This document shows positions 8,375 through 17,294 of a stretch of DNA of 64,000 bases, in pieces. The translations under genes were made by a program, and so were the position numbers. Source of the stretch: Minisyncoccia bacterium (GTDB lineage Bacteria; Patescibacteriota; Minisyncoccia; Phycocordibacterales; UBA918); contig JBKJIT010000003.1 in assembly GCA_046598345.1 (NCBI GenBank), positions 73,023 to 137,022 on the forward strand, given 5' to 3'. Each line of letters starts with the position of its first letter. Within the stretch, counting starts at the first letter, position 1. Below the pieces are notes generated by a model. The model was given only the letters and a program-made list of their open reading frames with translations, did not search any database and was not told the DNA's origin.

Positions 8375-9721
8375 ATGAAATCTTTTGATTCTGATGTAAA
8401 AAAATATTCTGAAAAAATACACTTGAGTGTATCTGAACGCCGCGCACTTCGCGAGCGTGTTGTTTCGTATATGGAGTACCATCCACTTGCAAAAGAGGAG
8501 GGGGCTTCATCGTATGCTTTTACTGAAAAATATGTCCTCCTTTCTTTTAATACATTCTGGACAAGAATTGCATCCGGAGCTGCACTCCTTTTACTTATTG
8601 TAGGTATTCCAGTTGCGGCTGAGCGTGCAGTGCCGGGAGATGTTCTCTATTTTGTAAAAACTGAAGTGAATGAAAGTATTCAGTCACAGTTTGCTGATTC
8701 ACCGTACGAAAAAATTGCTTTTGAAACAAAACTCATTGATCGACGTATTGATGAAGCACGTCTTCTTGCAAGTGAAGGGAAACTCACGAAGGAAGTAGAA
8801 GCTTCGATTGCGGAAGATGTAAAAGATCACGCAGAGGCCGCGCAAGATGGCCTTGCAGAACTTCGAACGAATGATGCTGAGGGAGCTGTTATTGCTGAGG
8901 TTACCCTAGGTTCCGCCCTTGAGGTGCAGTCTGCTGTACTCGACACAAATACGAGCGTATCAGCCACATCGTCAATTGAAAATATCTTGGGTGCAGTAAA
9001 TACTGCACGTGAAGAAATTGAGCAGAATCAGAGCACTACCACTTCTGTTACGGTGCTCACGAGTGAAATTGAAGAAGCAACAACTCGCGCGTACGAATTA
9101 TTTGAAACGGTGAAGGAATCAGCTACCAAAGAGGAGGAACGAGATATCAACCGGCGCCTTTCTGATATTGATCGACAAATAGTTGCGGCTAATAAACTTC
9201 GCAATCGTGACGAAGAGGCCGCGGTGAATGAACTCAAGGAGGTACTCGGACTTCTTCAAAAACTTATTGTATTCATGACTGATATTGATGTGAGTGAGAC
9301 GGTTACGCTTGAGGCACTTGTACCTATCGTACCGACGATTGAAGAGCATGTAGCAAGCACACGGGCTACACTTGCACGTGTGGCTACGACTGCAAGTATT
9401 ATTGAGAAGCGAACCTCCTTTGTTTCTGATGCTTCTGTGCAGGAAAAGGTGTTGCTAGGTCTCGAAGCAGTAGCAGCTCTCTCTGACGATGTACTAGTAC
9501 GGCTTTCGAGTGAAGAACCTGATATGGAAGGTATTCTGAAGCAACTCTTTGAAGCCGAAGCTCTCGTACAAGACCTTGAAAAAATGACTCTCGAAACAAT
9601 CATTTCAGACGAAGAGAGTACGAAGTTTCCAACACCAGTCATTCCCGGAGAAACGAGTACCAGTAGCTCATCCACGACCATAGAAGCTACACTTCCGCTC
9701 CCAATCTTTGTGGCAGAATAA
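8375..9721 (+). CDS. Putative anti-sigma factor: single-pass membrane protein with an extracytoplasmic coiled-coil/Ser-Thr-rich domain
   Basis: It starts 4 nt after the sigma gene. It has a ~65-aa cytoplasmic N-terminus, one TM helix (ALLLLIVGIPVAA), then a long helical low-complexity ectodomain. This is the classic ECF anti-sigma architecture, but the family was not recognised. Confidence 0.5.
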   Translation: MKSFDSDVKKYSEKIHLSVSERRALRERVVSYMEYHPLAKEEGASSYAFTEKYVLLSFNTFWTRIASGAALLLLIVGIPVAAERAVPGDVLYFVKTEVNESIQSQFADSPYEKIAFETKLIDRRIDEARLLASEGKLTKEVEASIAEDVKDHAEAAQDGLAELRTNDAEGAVIAEVTLGSALEVQSAVLDTNTSVSATSSIENILGAVNTAREEIEQNQSTTTSVTVLTSEIEEATTRAYELFETVKESATKEEERDINRRLSDIDRQIVAANKLRNRDEEAAVNELKEVLGLLQKLIVFMTDIDVSETVTLEALVPIVPTIEEHVASTRATLARVATTASIIEKRTSFVSDASVQEKVLLGLEAVAALSDDVLVRLSSEEPDMEGILKQLFEAEALVQDLEKMTLETIISDEESTKFPTPVIPGETSTSSSSTTIEATLPLPIFVAE

Positions 9722-9765
9722 TACATACTAAAAACGCGACCGTACGGTCGCGTTTTTAGTATGTA
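9722..9765. terminator. Bidirectional perfect hairpin terminator
   Basis: atacatactaaaaacgcgaccgtacggtcgcgtttttagtatgtat, between convergent genes. Confidence 0.7.
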
Positions 9766-10941
9766 TTATTCTGTCTTTTCCCCCGCGAGAAGCTCTTCGG
9801 TGAGCAACTTAGCGAGAAATGGAGTAAGTGCACCTTTAAATACATCTCCACGGTAGGCAAGATCGCCCTGCATATTGTCGCGAAGTGAATACCCGGTTTC
9901 TTCAATAATCGTTCTATTTATGTATGAAACAGTAATGGCATGGAGACTGTATTGACCCTCAGTCTCTTCGTTACCCTTTGTCACAATAAGCCCAATTACG
10001 TCGCCACTTTCTCGTGCAATCGGACCACCGGAGGCTCCCTGAGCACCAACGGGGGATTCTGATACTGAAAAAATATCAGCGTAGTTACTGCCGAATGTGT
10101 AAAGCTCACGTAAGGTCGTCGAAGCAATGACAGGAACAAGTCTTGCACGGGCGCCCTCACGGAACAATGCCTCGGCAGGATAGCCAGAGGTCAGGATTGA
10201 AATACCCTTTGTATGAATGGAAAGTAAATCAGTATCCAGTGTAAGGGAGGGGAATGTTTCGGGCAGGGTTCTGTCTTTTAGGGGTTCGGAAACATAGAGG
10301 AGAGCATAGTCACGTTCCCCCGTGCCACGCGGGGTTTCTTCCGCAATGAGGGCGGCATTTTCATAGACCCACATAGGTGAAAGGTACAACAGTTCTGCGT
10401 GGTAGGTCGGTACCGCAGGATTTCCGGTACGAACAATACATTCAGCATCGATTACATCCTCATCGTTTCCTTCAAGAAGTAGAAATTGTGCAACGTGTGC
10501 ATTGGTGAGGATGACTCCTTTTTTGTTGATGAAAAATCCAGTGCCTGTCGTCGTGCGAATATACTCGTCAGTTTTATACTGGCAAAAAATATTTACCAAT
10601 GATTCTTCTATTTGATTTCGCACCGGTGTATCTGAAGGGGTGGGGGTAAATTCTTCTCCGAGTGCTGCCGCGCTCTGTGCCGCCTGTAAGTATGCATCAT
10701 TGGTGCGAATAAGACTCAAGATTTCCGTGGTAAGCGACGTAGTGAGTTGCTTGCTCAGGTTCTTTAGTTCTTCTGAGGCTGTGATACGTGTCGGTTCTTC
10801 GTCAATGCTGACAGATTGTGCGGGTGGAGTCTCTTCAAGTTCTGCAATACGAATCACCTGATCAGCGACGATGTTCGTAAAAGCGAGGTATGCAACGAGA
10901 ACTGACGAAATAAAACTACCGAGGAACTCGAACATAACCAT
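9766..10941 (-). CDS. Membrane-anchored trypsin-like (S1 family, HtrA/DegS-like) serine protease, no PDZ domain
   Basis: N-terminal TM helix. GTGFFINKKGVILTNAHV for the His region, and GASGGPIARESGDVIGLIVT for the catalytic Ser motif GxSGGP. Confidence 0.75.
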   Translation of the reverse strand: MVMFEFLGSFISSVLVAYLAFTNIVADQVIRIAELEETPPAQSVSIDEEPTRITASEELKNLSKQLTTSLTTEILSLIRTNDAYLQAAQSAAALGEEFTPTPSDTPVRNQIEESLVNIFCQYKTDEYIRTTTGTGFFINKKGVILTNAHVAQFLLLEGNDEDVIDAECIVRTGNPAVPTYHAELLYLSPMWVYENAALIAEETPRGTGERDYALLYVSEPLKDRTLPETFPSLTLDTDLLSIHTKGISILTSGYPAEALFREGARARLVPVIASTTLRELYTFGSNYADIFSVSESPVGAQGASGGPIARESGDVIGLIVTKGNEETEGQYSLHAITVSYINRTIIEETGYSLRDNMQGDLAYRGDVFKGALTPFLAKLLTEELLAGEKTE

Positions 10942-11203
10942 ATTGATTTCATAGTAGCATGTGAGTGCTGCTAAAAATGGCTCAGGCTGGGGGTTTAATC
11001 TGGAGGCCTAATATGCTAGAATCATCCGGACTTCTAAAAGAGTTGTGGACGGGTGTATGACAAGCATACAACCGCCCAGTTCGCAGAAATGATGCAAAAG
11101 GAAGCACCGCTTCCGTAAGACTTCCATTATTTCACATGAAAGCAAGCTTTCCTTTGAAATAACGGTAGCCTTACCAGCTACTTTTGCATCATCCTACTCA
11201 CTT

Positions 11204-11274
11204 GCGGGTGTAGTTTAGTGGTAAAACGACTGCCTTCCAAGCAGTAGTTGGGGGTTCGATTCCTCTCGCCCGCA
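11204..11274 (+). tRNA. tRNA-Gly(TCC)
   Basis: Acceptor GCGGGTG/CGCCCGC, D-arm GTTT-AGTGGTA-AAAC, anticodon stem ACTGC/GCAGT with loop CTTCCAA, T-arm GGGGG-TTCGATT-CCTCT. Confidence 0.85.
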
Positions 11275-11318
11275 CACATACGAAAAACCGTCCTATAGGA
11301 CGGTTTTTCGTATGTGTG
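11273..11318 (+). terminator. Perfect hairpin terminator after tRNA-Gly(TCC)
   Basis: cacacatacgaaaaaccgtcc-tata-ggacggtttttcgtatgtgtg. Confidence 0.7.
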
Positions 11319-11360
11319 CGGGCGAAGCAATGTGCAAAATGCACATTGCGTGAGGAATCG

Positions 11361-11432
11361 AAGCTGTTGCGAGATATCTTTTTGAGTGAAACGATGAAAA
11401 GTATCCGCAACGGGTACTGAAACTGTAAGTTT
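11361..11432 (+). repeat. Repeat family 1, copy c3: stem GATATCTTTTT/GAAAAGTATC, then CGCAACGGGTACTGA-AACT-GTAA-GTTT
   Basis: Aligned with c1, c2, c4 and c5. It is immediately followed by a tRNA 3' fragment. Confidence 0.65.
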
Positions 11433-11447
11433 CGATTCCTCTCGCCC
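11431..11447 (+). repeat. Partial duplicate of the tRNA-Gly(TCC) 3' end (ttcgattcctctcgccc)
   Basis: 17/17 identical to 11256-11272, the T-loop and 3' acceptor of the intact tRNA, about 175 bp downstream. Confidence 0.7.
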
Positions 11448-11452
11448 TAAAC

Positions 11453-11507
11453 CGCGAGGTCGGGTAGGGAGTTCTTAGCAAGCGTAGCTAGCTTAGAAAC
11501 TTGACGC
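11453..11507 (+). repeat. Repeat family 2, copy B: CGCGAGGTCGGGTAGGGAG-TTCTTAG-CAAGCGTAGCTAG-CTTAGAAAC-TTGACGCCA
   Basis: It aligns block by block with 5269-5325 and with the minus strand of 14412-14466. Confidence 0.7.
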
Positions 11508-11520
11508 CAAAACTTTTTAT

Positions 11521-11575
11521 GAGCGAAGAGAACCAAAATATCGACAACCTGTACTGATCCTGTAAGGATCGATTC
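11521..11575 (+). repeat. Repeat family 1, copy c1: GAGCGAAGAGAACCAAAATATCGACAACCTGTACTGA-GATCC-TGTAA-GGATC
   Basis: See the family 1 alignment. Confidence 0.65.
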
Positions 11576-11615
11576 ATGTTTTATAAAAAAGCCGCCACTT
11601 TCATGGCGGCCGGGA

Positions 11616-11906
11616 CTACGGGGTTGGAAGATCCTTTATTCGAAGATGTTCAGGCAGTTGTGGACCGACTTCCTTGAATATTTCCATACAAGACTGAGCA
11701 CTGGTCTTGAGTTGGTCAAGGTTTATGGGGGCTGACTGTGCATTGAGGTTTGGCTTCTGAAACCCAAATGGGTCTTCAAGGTACTCCAGTCCGCGCACTG
11801 CTTCCTCACCAATCTTGATGGTGGTGGGAACAGTTGAATTCGCCCCAGGGCCAGGATCAACATAATTCCATCGTATAGCGTCTACTGTTAGGTCGTTTTC
11901 CATCAT
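11616..11906 (-). CDS. Hypothetical small protein
   Basis: A 96-aa ORF with no recognisable motif. Flanked by terminator-like hairpins. Confidence 0.35.
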   Translation of the reverse strand: MMENDLTVDAIRWNYVDPGPGANSTVPTTIKIGEEAVRGLEYLEDPFGFQKPNLNAQSAPINLDQLKTSAQSCMEIFKEVGPQLPEHLRIKDLPTP

Positions 11907-12132
11907 GTACTCCTCTGTATGCCAACCAGCAGTATCTCATATACTTTCATTATTATCACAGCAAAAAGCCCCTTGCGGGGCTTTTTGCTGTGATGGGATT
12001 AGCGGATGTATATCCGTGGTTTCCCACGTTGTATATATAGCGAGAGTTTGGGTACATGACCAAACTCAGTTAATACCTCCGCTACAAAAAAAGTATATCA
12101 TGTTCATGAAGTCGAGCTAGTGTGTATAACAT

Positions 12133-12167
12133 AAAAGAACGGCGAGCCGTAGGCTCGCCGTTCTTTT
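12133..12167 (-). terminator. Hairpin terminator after hup
   Basis: aaaagaacggcgagccgtaggctcgccgttctttt. Confidence 0.7.
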
Positions 12168-12178
12168 AAAAGGAGTGA

Positions 12179-12451
12179 TTACTTAACTGCATCCTTGAGT
12201 GCCTTTGCTGCGCGGAACTTTGGAACGCGCATTGCAGGAATATCAATAGTTTCGCCAGTGCGTGGATTTCGCCCAGTGCGTGCATTACGTGTCTTTGTTG
12301 AGAAAATCCCAAGACCCGCAACAGAAACTTCCTGACCCTTTTTGAGTGAAGCGACGATGCAATCAATCGCAGTCTCCACTGCGCGCTCTGCATCTGCACG
12401 AGTGCCACCGACAACCTCGTGAACCTTGTTGATTATGTCTGCCTTATTCAT
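12179..12451 (-). CDS. hup: DNA-binding protein HU
   Basis: MNKADIINKVHEVVGGTRADAERAVETAIDCIVASLKKGQEVSVAGLGIFSTKTRNARTGRNPRTGETIDIPAMRVPKFRAAKALKDAV, the canonical HU/IHF fold sequence. Confidence 0.92.
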   Translation of the reverse strand: MNKADIINKVHEVVGGTRADAERAVETAIDCIVASLKKGQEVSVAGLGIFSTKTRNARTGRNPRTGETIDIPAMRVPKFRAAKALKDAVK

Positions 12452-12602
12452 ACTGTATAAAATGTGTACTTAGGGCGTGTAAATAATATGTGTGCACTCT
12501 ACATGATGCCAAGATATGGCTACAAACAATTATATAGCAGGGTTTTTGCAGTGCAATACACTATCGCACACATCTAAAATGTGGTGTAGTTTTAATGGTG
12601 CT

Positions 12603-12646
12603 TGAAAACAACGGCCGCTTCTTTTGGAAGCGTCCGTTGTTTTCAA
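12603..12646 (-). terminator. Hairpin terminator after rny
   Basis: gaaaacaacggccgcttc-tttt-ggaagcgtccgttgttttcaag. Confidence 0.65.
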
Positions 12647-12650
12647 GCTT

Positions 12651-14177
12651 TTACTTTGCGTATTCGATTGCGCGGGACTCTCGAATGACATTAACTTTAA
12701 TTTCTCCCGGGTACCGTAGCTTCTCTTCAATGTCTGTCGCGATGCTGCGAGCGAGATTGTGGGCCTCGAGATCGGTCACCTTTTCAGGGTTTACTATGAC
12801 TCGTACCTCTCGTCCAGCCTGAATTGCGAATGCTTTCTCAACCCCTGGCATAGAGAGTGCAATTTCTTCGAGCTCACCCAGACGTTTTATGTAGTTCTCA
12901 ATGGAATCATGGCGTGCACCGGGACGACCTCCTGAAATCGCATCAGCGACCTGCACGATGATCGATTCCGGTGTGTCATACGGGTATTCTTCATGATGGG
13001 CGCGCATTGCGACAATGACTGCCTGATCCACTTCGTACTTTTGTAGGATCCGAATACCAATTTCAACGTGTGTCCCTTGCACCTCCTGGCTCACGGTCTT
13101 TCCAATATCGTGGAGGAGAGCTCCTGCACGTGCGACCGCTACATCCGCGCCCACTTCCTCAGCAATAATTGCCGCGATGTGCGCCATTTCAACAGAGTGC
13201 CAGAGCACGTTCTGTCCATAACTTGTTCTAAAATGCAGCCGTCCGAGGATTTTCACGAGATCAGGGTGAAGGTTAGGTACTCCTGCATCAAAACATGCTT
13301 TTTCACCCATCTTTCGAACAATAGTTCCAACCTCTTTCCGTGCCTTCTCAACGATCTCCTCGATCTTTGCCGGCTGAATACGTCCATCGGCGAGAAGGAG
13401 CTCAAGTGCGACGCGAGCAATTTCGCGACGCACCGGATCAAATGAAGATAGGGTGATGTGTCCTGGAGTATCGTCAATAAGCACGTCAACACCCGTCGCA
13501 CGCTCAAAGGCACGAACGTTCCGACCTTCCTTTCCGATGATTTTCCCCTTTACCTCTTCATTCGGAAGCGCGATCATCGAACTCATGATGTCGACTCGCA
13601 CAGAATTACCAATGCGATGTATCGCTGAGGTGATGATTTCTTTTGCTTTTTCGTCGTACTGTTCCTCGCCGCGCATGCTCATTTTCTGAATGCGCTTCAT
13701 GATGTTCACCTCATATTCCTTTTCAATATTCGCAACGACCCGTTCGTAGGCCTCGTCCTTGGTGAGTCCGGCAACTTCTTCAACTTTCTTTTCTATTTCA
13801 CCCTTTCGTTCATCGAGTTGAACCTTGATTTCTTTAACCTGCTCAATTTTTTGACGCACCGATTCAACCTCGGAATCGAGATCCATTTGGCGTTTATCGA
13901 GAAGTTCGTCCTTACGTATGTGGCGCTCTTCAGCCTTATTTAACTTTTCTTCCTGTTCCTTAAATCGTTCCTTCAGTTCTTTCTCCAGTGATTCGGCCTT
14001 CGTTTCTGCTTTTTCTAATATCTTGAGTGCTTTTGCTTCAGCATCGACAAGTTTTTCCTTAAGGGAAAGTTCAAGCGACTCTTTCTTGCTGAGTGCATAG
14101 ACATATCGGAGATAGTATCCCAAAGCAATACCGACAAGCCCTGCGACAATAAGCGCAAAGATTACGGAAAGTGGCAT
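12651..14177 (-). CDS. rny: Ribonuclease Y
   Basis: N-terminal TM helix, a long coiled coil, a KH domain (KGKIIGKEGRNVRAFERATGVDVLIDD) and an HD domain (ALLHDIGK). Confidence 0.9.
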   Translation of the reverse strand: MPLSVIFALIVAGLVGIALGYYLRYVYALSKKESLELSLKEKLVDAEAKALKILEKAETKAESLEKELKERFKEQEEKLNKAEERHIRKDELLDKRQMDLDSEVESVRQKIEQVKEIKVQLDERKGEIEKKVEEVAGLTKDEAYERVVANIEKEYEVNIMKRIQKMSMRGEEQYDEKAKEIITSAIHRIGNSVRVDIMSSMIALPNEEVKGKIIGKEGRNVRAFERATGVDVLIDDTPGHITLSSFDPVRREIARVALELLLADGRIQPAKIEEIVEKARKEVGTIVRKMGEKACFDAGVPNLHPDLVKILGRLHFRTSYGQNVLWHSVEMAHIAAIIAEEVGADVAVARAGALLHDIGKTVSQEVQGTHVEIGIRILQKYEVDQAVIVAMRAHHEEYPYDTPESIIVQVADAISGGRPGARHDSIENYIKRLGELEEIALSMPGVEKAFAIQAGREVRVIVNPEKVTDLEAHNLARSIATDIEEKLRYPGEIKVNVIRESRAIEYAK

Positions 14178-14348
14178 ACAAATGTGTGTTCAGGCAATGC
14201 ACTCAGGGGTTAGTGTCGAGGGAAGGGTCGTTCAGAATGAGCGCAAAGCCAGACGGTAAAATTTATCAATAATCGACTTTCTCACAGTAACAGAAGTTAT
14301 GAAGACTGTCTAATTCCGTCATGAAGGAGACAGTAATCCATTTTCTCT

Positions 14349-14387
14349 AAAAAACCTGACGGAACCTGGGGGTTCCGTCAGGGTTTT
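14349..14387 (-). terminator. Perfect hairpin terminator downstream of clpP
   Basis: aaaaacctgacggaacc-tggg-ggttccgtcagggttttt. Confidence 0.7.
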
Positions 14388-14411
14388 TAGGTTACTTTAG
14401 TATCTCGTCTA

Positions 14412-14466
14412 CAACGCAGGTTTGTAACTCGCTACGCTCCTAACAACCTCCTGTCCTGCCTCACGG
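14412..14466 (-). repeat. Repeat family 2, copy M (minus strand): CCGTGAGGCAGGACAGGAGG-TTGTTAG-GAGCGTAGCGAG-TTACAAACCTGCG
   Basis: Reverse complement of plus 14412-14466. It lies in the clpP 3' region, enclosed by a 13-bp stem (14399-14413 and 14505-14519). Confidence 0.65.
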
Positions 14467-14528
14467 TTTTTGCCATTGTGAGAGGCAAAACAACGCTCCG
14501 GCTCTTAGTAGACGAGATTTTAAAGTAC

Positions 14529-15149
14529 TTACTTTAAAATTTCGTCAACCAAGCCATATTTCTTAGCTTCGTCGGCGCTCATGAAGAAGTCGCGGTCTGT
14601 ATCCTTTTCAATCTGTGCAAGCGGCTTTCCTGAAGCCTTAGCAAGCATTTTGTTTAGTTGATCACGTGTCTTAAGGATATGACGAGCAGTAATTTCAATA
14701 TCTGATGCCTGCCCTTGAGTTCCTCCCCACGGCTGGTGAATCATGACTTCTGCATTAGGAAGACAGCTTCGCTTTCCTTTTGCACCTTGTGAAAGAATAA
14801 TAGAACCCATTGACGCTGCCATTCCAACACAGACAGTCGCAATGTCGGGCTTCACGTGGTTCATGGTGTCCACGATTCCAAGGCCCGCGCTCACTGATCC
14901 ACCAGGTGAGTTCACATACATAAATATGTCTTTCTTGGGATCTTCTGCTTCAAGGAAGAGAAGCTGTGCTACCACCAAGTTAGCCATATGATCGTCAATC
15001 GCTCCGGTTACAAAGACAATACGCTCTTTAAGGAGGCGGGAGAAGATGTCATACGCACGCTCACCTCCTTGGGTCTTTTCGACCACCATCGGTACGAGGA
15101 AGTTATTAATTTGATTGTTATTTTGAGATTCTTTTGATTGCATATACAT
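14529..15149 (-). CDS. clpP: ATP-dependent Clp protease proteolytic subunit
   Basis: [30 protein letters not shown]...[37 protein letters not shown], a canonical ClpP. Confidence 0.92.
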   Translation of the reverse strand: MYMQSKESQNNNQINNFLVPMVVEKTQGGERAYDIFSRLLKERIVFVTGAIDDHMANLVVAQLLFLEAEDPKKDIFMYVNSPGGSVSAGLGIVDTMNHVKPDIATVCVGMAASMGSIILSQGAKGKRSCLPNAEVMIHQPWGGTQGQASDIEITARHILKTRDQLNKMLAKASGKPLAQIEKDTDRDFFMSADEAKKYGLVDEILK

Positions 15150-15289
15150 AGTACGAGCATCCTATCAAAAAGAGAGGGCATTGACAAACAATGCACCGTA
15201 ATCCCCGCTCGTTACGCACGAGTTTGGGAAAGTCTAGAAAAAACAGCCGCCCTGCAAGGGCGGCTGTTTTTTAGTGTACCGTAAATAAA

Positions 15290-15778
15290 TTACAACGAGA
15301 TAGACCCTGCGCCGTCAGTACTAAGAGACTCATCTCCTGGCGTTGTGATTTTGCAGGTGTTCTTCGCTGTCTTTTTGAATGTCTCCCATGCTGCCTTTCG
15401 ATCCTTTTTTAATGTCATGTGTGCGTCTTTGGATGATTTTTTCCAATCTTTCCAAGCTTTAATAATTGAAGTTTTCTGTGCTTTTAAATCTGTAAGCCCC
15501 CACGCTGCATTCAAGGCACTTTTACGTACACTGAGGGCTGCGAGCGTGCTTGAGCTAAATGTTGTCCATGCGGATTGAATTGCATCCTCGCGAACACCAA
15601 CTGCGGTTTGCATACATACTGCATCAACTTTGGCTTTTCGCATTTGGGTACTAGTGGCATTGGTATGAGATGATGCTTCAGAAACCTGCGGCATTGCAAA
15701 GAGTGCAACCATAGCGCCGAGACTAATCAAAGCGATAAGTAGAACATTGGGCATCATTAACAACTGTTTTGATCTCAT
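15290..15778 (-). CDS. Hypothetical secreted protein (signal peptide, Lys-rich)
   Basis: N-terminal hydrophobic signal-like segment. No recognised domain. Confidence 0.4.
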   Translation of the reverse strand: MRSKQLLMMPNVLLIALISLGAMVALFAMPQVSEASSHTNATSTQMRKAKVDAVCMQTAVGVREDAIQSAWTTFSSSTLAALSVRKSALNAAWGLTDLKAQKTSIIKAWKDWKKSSKDAHMTLKKDRKAAWETFKKTAKNTCKITTPGDESLSTDGAGSISL

Positions 15779-15922
15779 GATTTTAAATTGTTACGCGTTA
15801 GTAAAGATTCCCTCCAAAGCTATAGTATACATGGTGAAGGTCTGTATTTTTATAATGACGTGCATAAATCCCCTCGGACATTGAGTAGTCGAGGGGATTT
15901 ATTTTGATTGGTACACACTAAA

Positions 15923-17206
15923 CTAATTTATTTCCTCCAGCTTCTTCATCACGGCGTCGTTCATGAGGATGGATTCGACGTATACGCGAACTCGCTTTTC
16001 ATCGGCGTCTTTGTATTGCTCAAGGAGACGAGAAACTTCTTGGTCAACAAGGCTTGGGTCTGGTTTAATGCTTTCTCTTTCTGCGATGGCATTGAGCACA
16101 AGCTGGAGTTTTGCGCGTTTTTCCGCAGAGGGGGTCCACTCTTTTTTCAAGTCTTCCTTTGTCTTCTTAATATGACCGAGGTAATCATCTATCTTGAGTT
16201 GTGCACGAGTGAGGTCGTCTTCCATCTGCGCGAACATTTGGTTCATTTCTCCATCAATCATGATCTGAGGGATTTCTACTGTCGTTTTCTCAATGATGGC
16301 ATCAGTAATTTTTGCTCGGTGAGCAGAATCAACTGACTGGACCTTCTGAACTGCAAGGTGTTCCTTGAGCTTCGTTTTAAAATCAGAAACGGTTTCAAAC
16401 TGACCAGGCTTACCTAGTGTTTTTACGTATTCGTCGGTGAGCTCCGGAAGAATTAGTTCGCCCTTGTCATCTCGAGGAATTTGCCCCAGGGCACCCTCTC
16501 TGACTTCGTCATGGCCCAGGCCAGCTTCTCTATCTTCGATATTCACCTCCTTCACCTTGTCTTCGTCAGCATCATGGTCATCATGCGAGTGATCATGGTG
16601 TACATGATCATGTTCACCATGATCGCCGTGATCATGGTTGTGTCCCTCGTGATTGGCATGATTGTCGTGGTCGTGGGTGTGCGTATCGCCAGTAGTTTGT
16701 GCTTTGGATTGCATACGCTCGTACGCTACTTTTTGCCGTAGAATATCATTTACTTGCTTTTCCACTTCTTCCTCAGTGACTTCTTTAGATTCTTTATTCG
16801 CATTAACTTCCTTTGCAAGCTTTTCGTAGTCGGGAAGGGTGACTGGAGGTACTACCGCAACGGTTGCGGTGAAGCCGAGTGGGTTATCTTTGGCAATTTT
16901 CGTTATCTGAATCTGCGGGTAGCCGATTGCGTCGAGTTTGTGTTCTTTTACGATCTCCGCGTACGCTTCATAGAGCGCACGTTCTGCCATTTCACTTAAC
17001 ACATTCATTTCGCCCACCTTTTGGATGAGGATATTTTCAGGAATGTGGCCTTTTCGAAATCCCGGCATGTCCATGTCTTTTCCGATTGCTTTGAGAGCAG
17101 CTCCCCGATGCTTCTCTACAACTGAAAAGGGGATTTCACCCGTAATTTTTACGGTTGATTTTTCTCCGGGCTCAACGTGTATCTTCTTCAATTCTTCAGA
17201 TGTCAT
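15923..17206 (-). CDS. tig: Trigger factor with the PPIase domain replaced by a His/Asp-rich segment
   Basis: N-domain ribosome-binding motif GFRKGHIP, and a C-terminal TF chaperone domain. The middle region is HTHDHDNHANHEGHNHDHGDHGEHDHVHHDHSHDDHDADED instead of an FKBP domain. Confidence 0.8.
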   Translation of the reverse strand: MTSEELKKIHVEPGEKSTVKITGEIPFSVVEKHRGAALKAIGKDMDMPGFRKGHIPENILIQKVGEMNVLSEMAERALYEAYAEIVKEHKLDAIGYPQIQITKIAKDNPLGFTATVAVVPPVTLPDYEKLAKEVNANKESKEVTEEEVEKQVNDILRQKVAYERMQSKAQTTGDTHTHDHDNHANHEGHNHDHGDHGEHDHVHHDHSHDDHDADEDKVKEVNIEDREAGLGHDEVREGALGQIPRDDKGELILPELTDEYVKTLGKPGQFETVSDFKTKLKEHLAVQKVQSVDSAHRAKITDAIIEKTTVEIPQIMIDGEMNQMFAQMEDDLTRAQLKIDDYLGHIKKTKEDLKKEWTPSAEKRAKLQLVLNAIAERESIKPDPSLVDQEVSRLLEQYKDADEKRVRVYVESILMNDAVMKKLEEIN

Positions 17207-17294
17207 AGGTCGCTATAGTACACAAGAATAAGTGAAAAGCAAAGAAATCACCCCTCGAAGCCTCACGGTTTCGAGGGGTGATTTCATATTGCTA

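Noticed and set aside
9256-9726. 156-aa antisense ORF inside the anti-sigma gene, and 19584-20180 antisense inside nusA
   Set aside because: They are fully embedded antisense to well-supported genes, with Ser/Thr-rich low-complexity translations.
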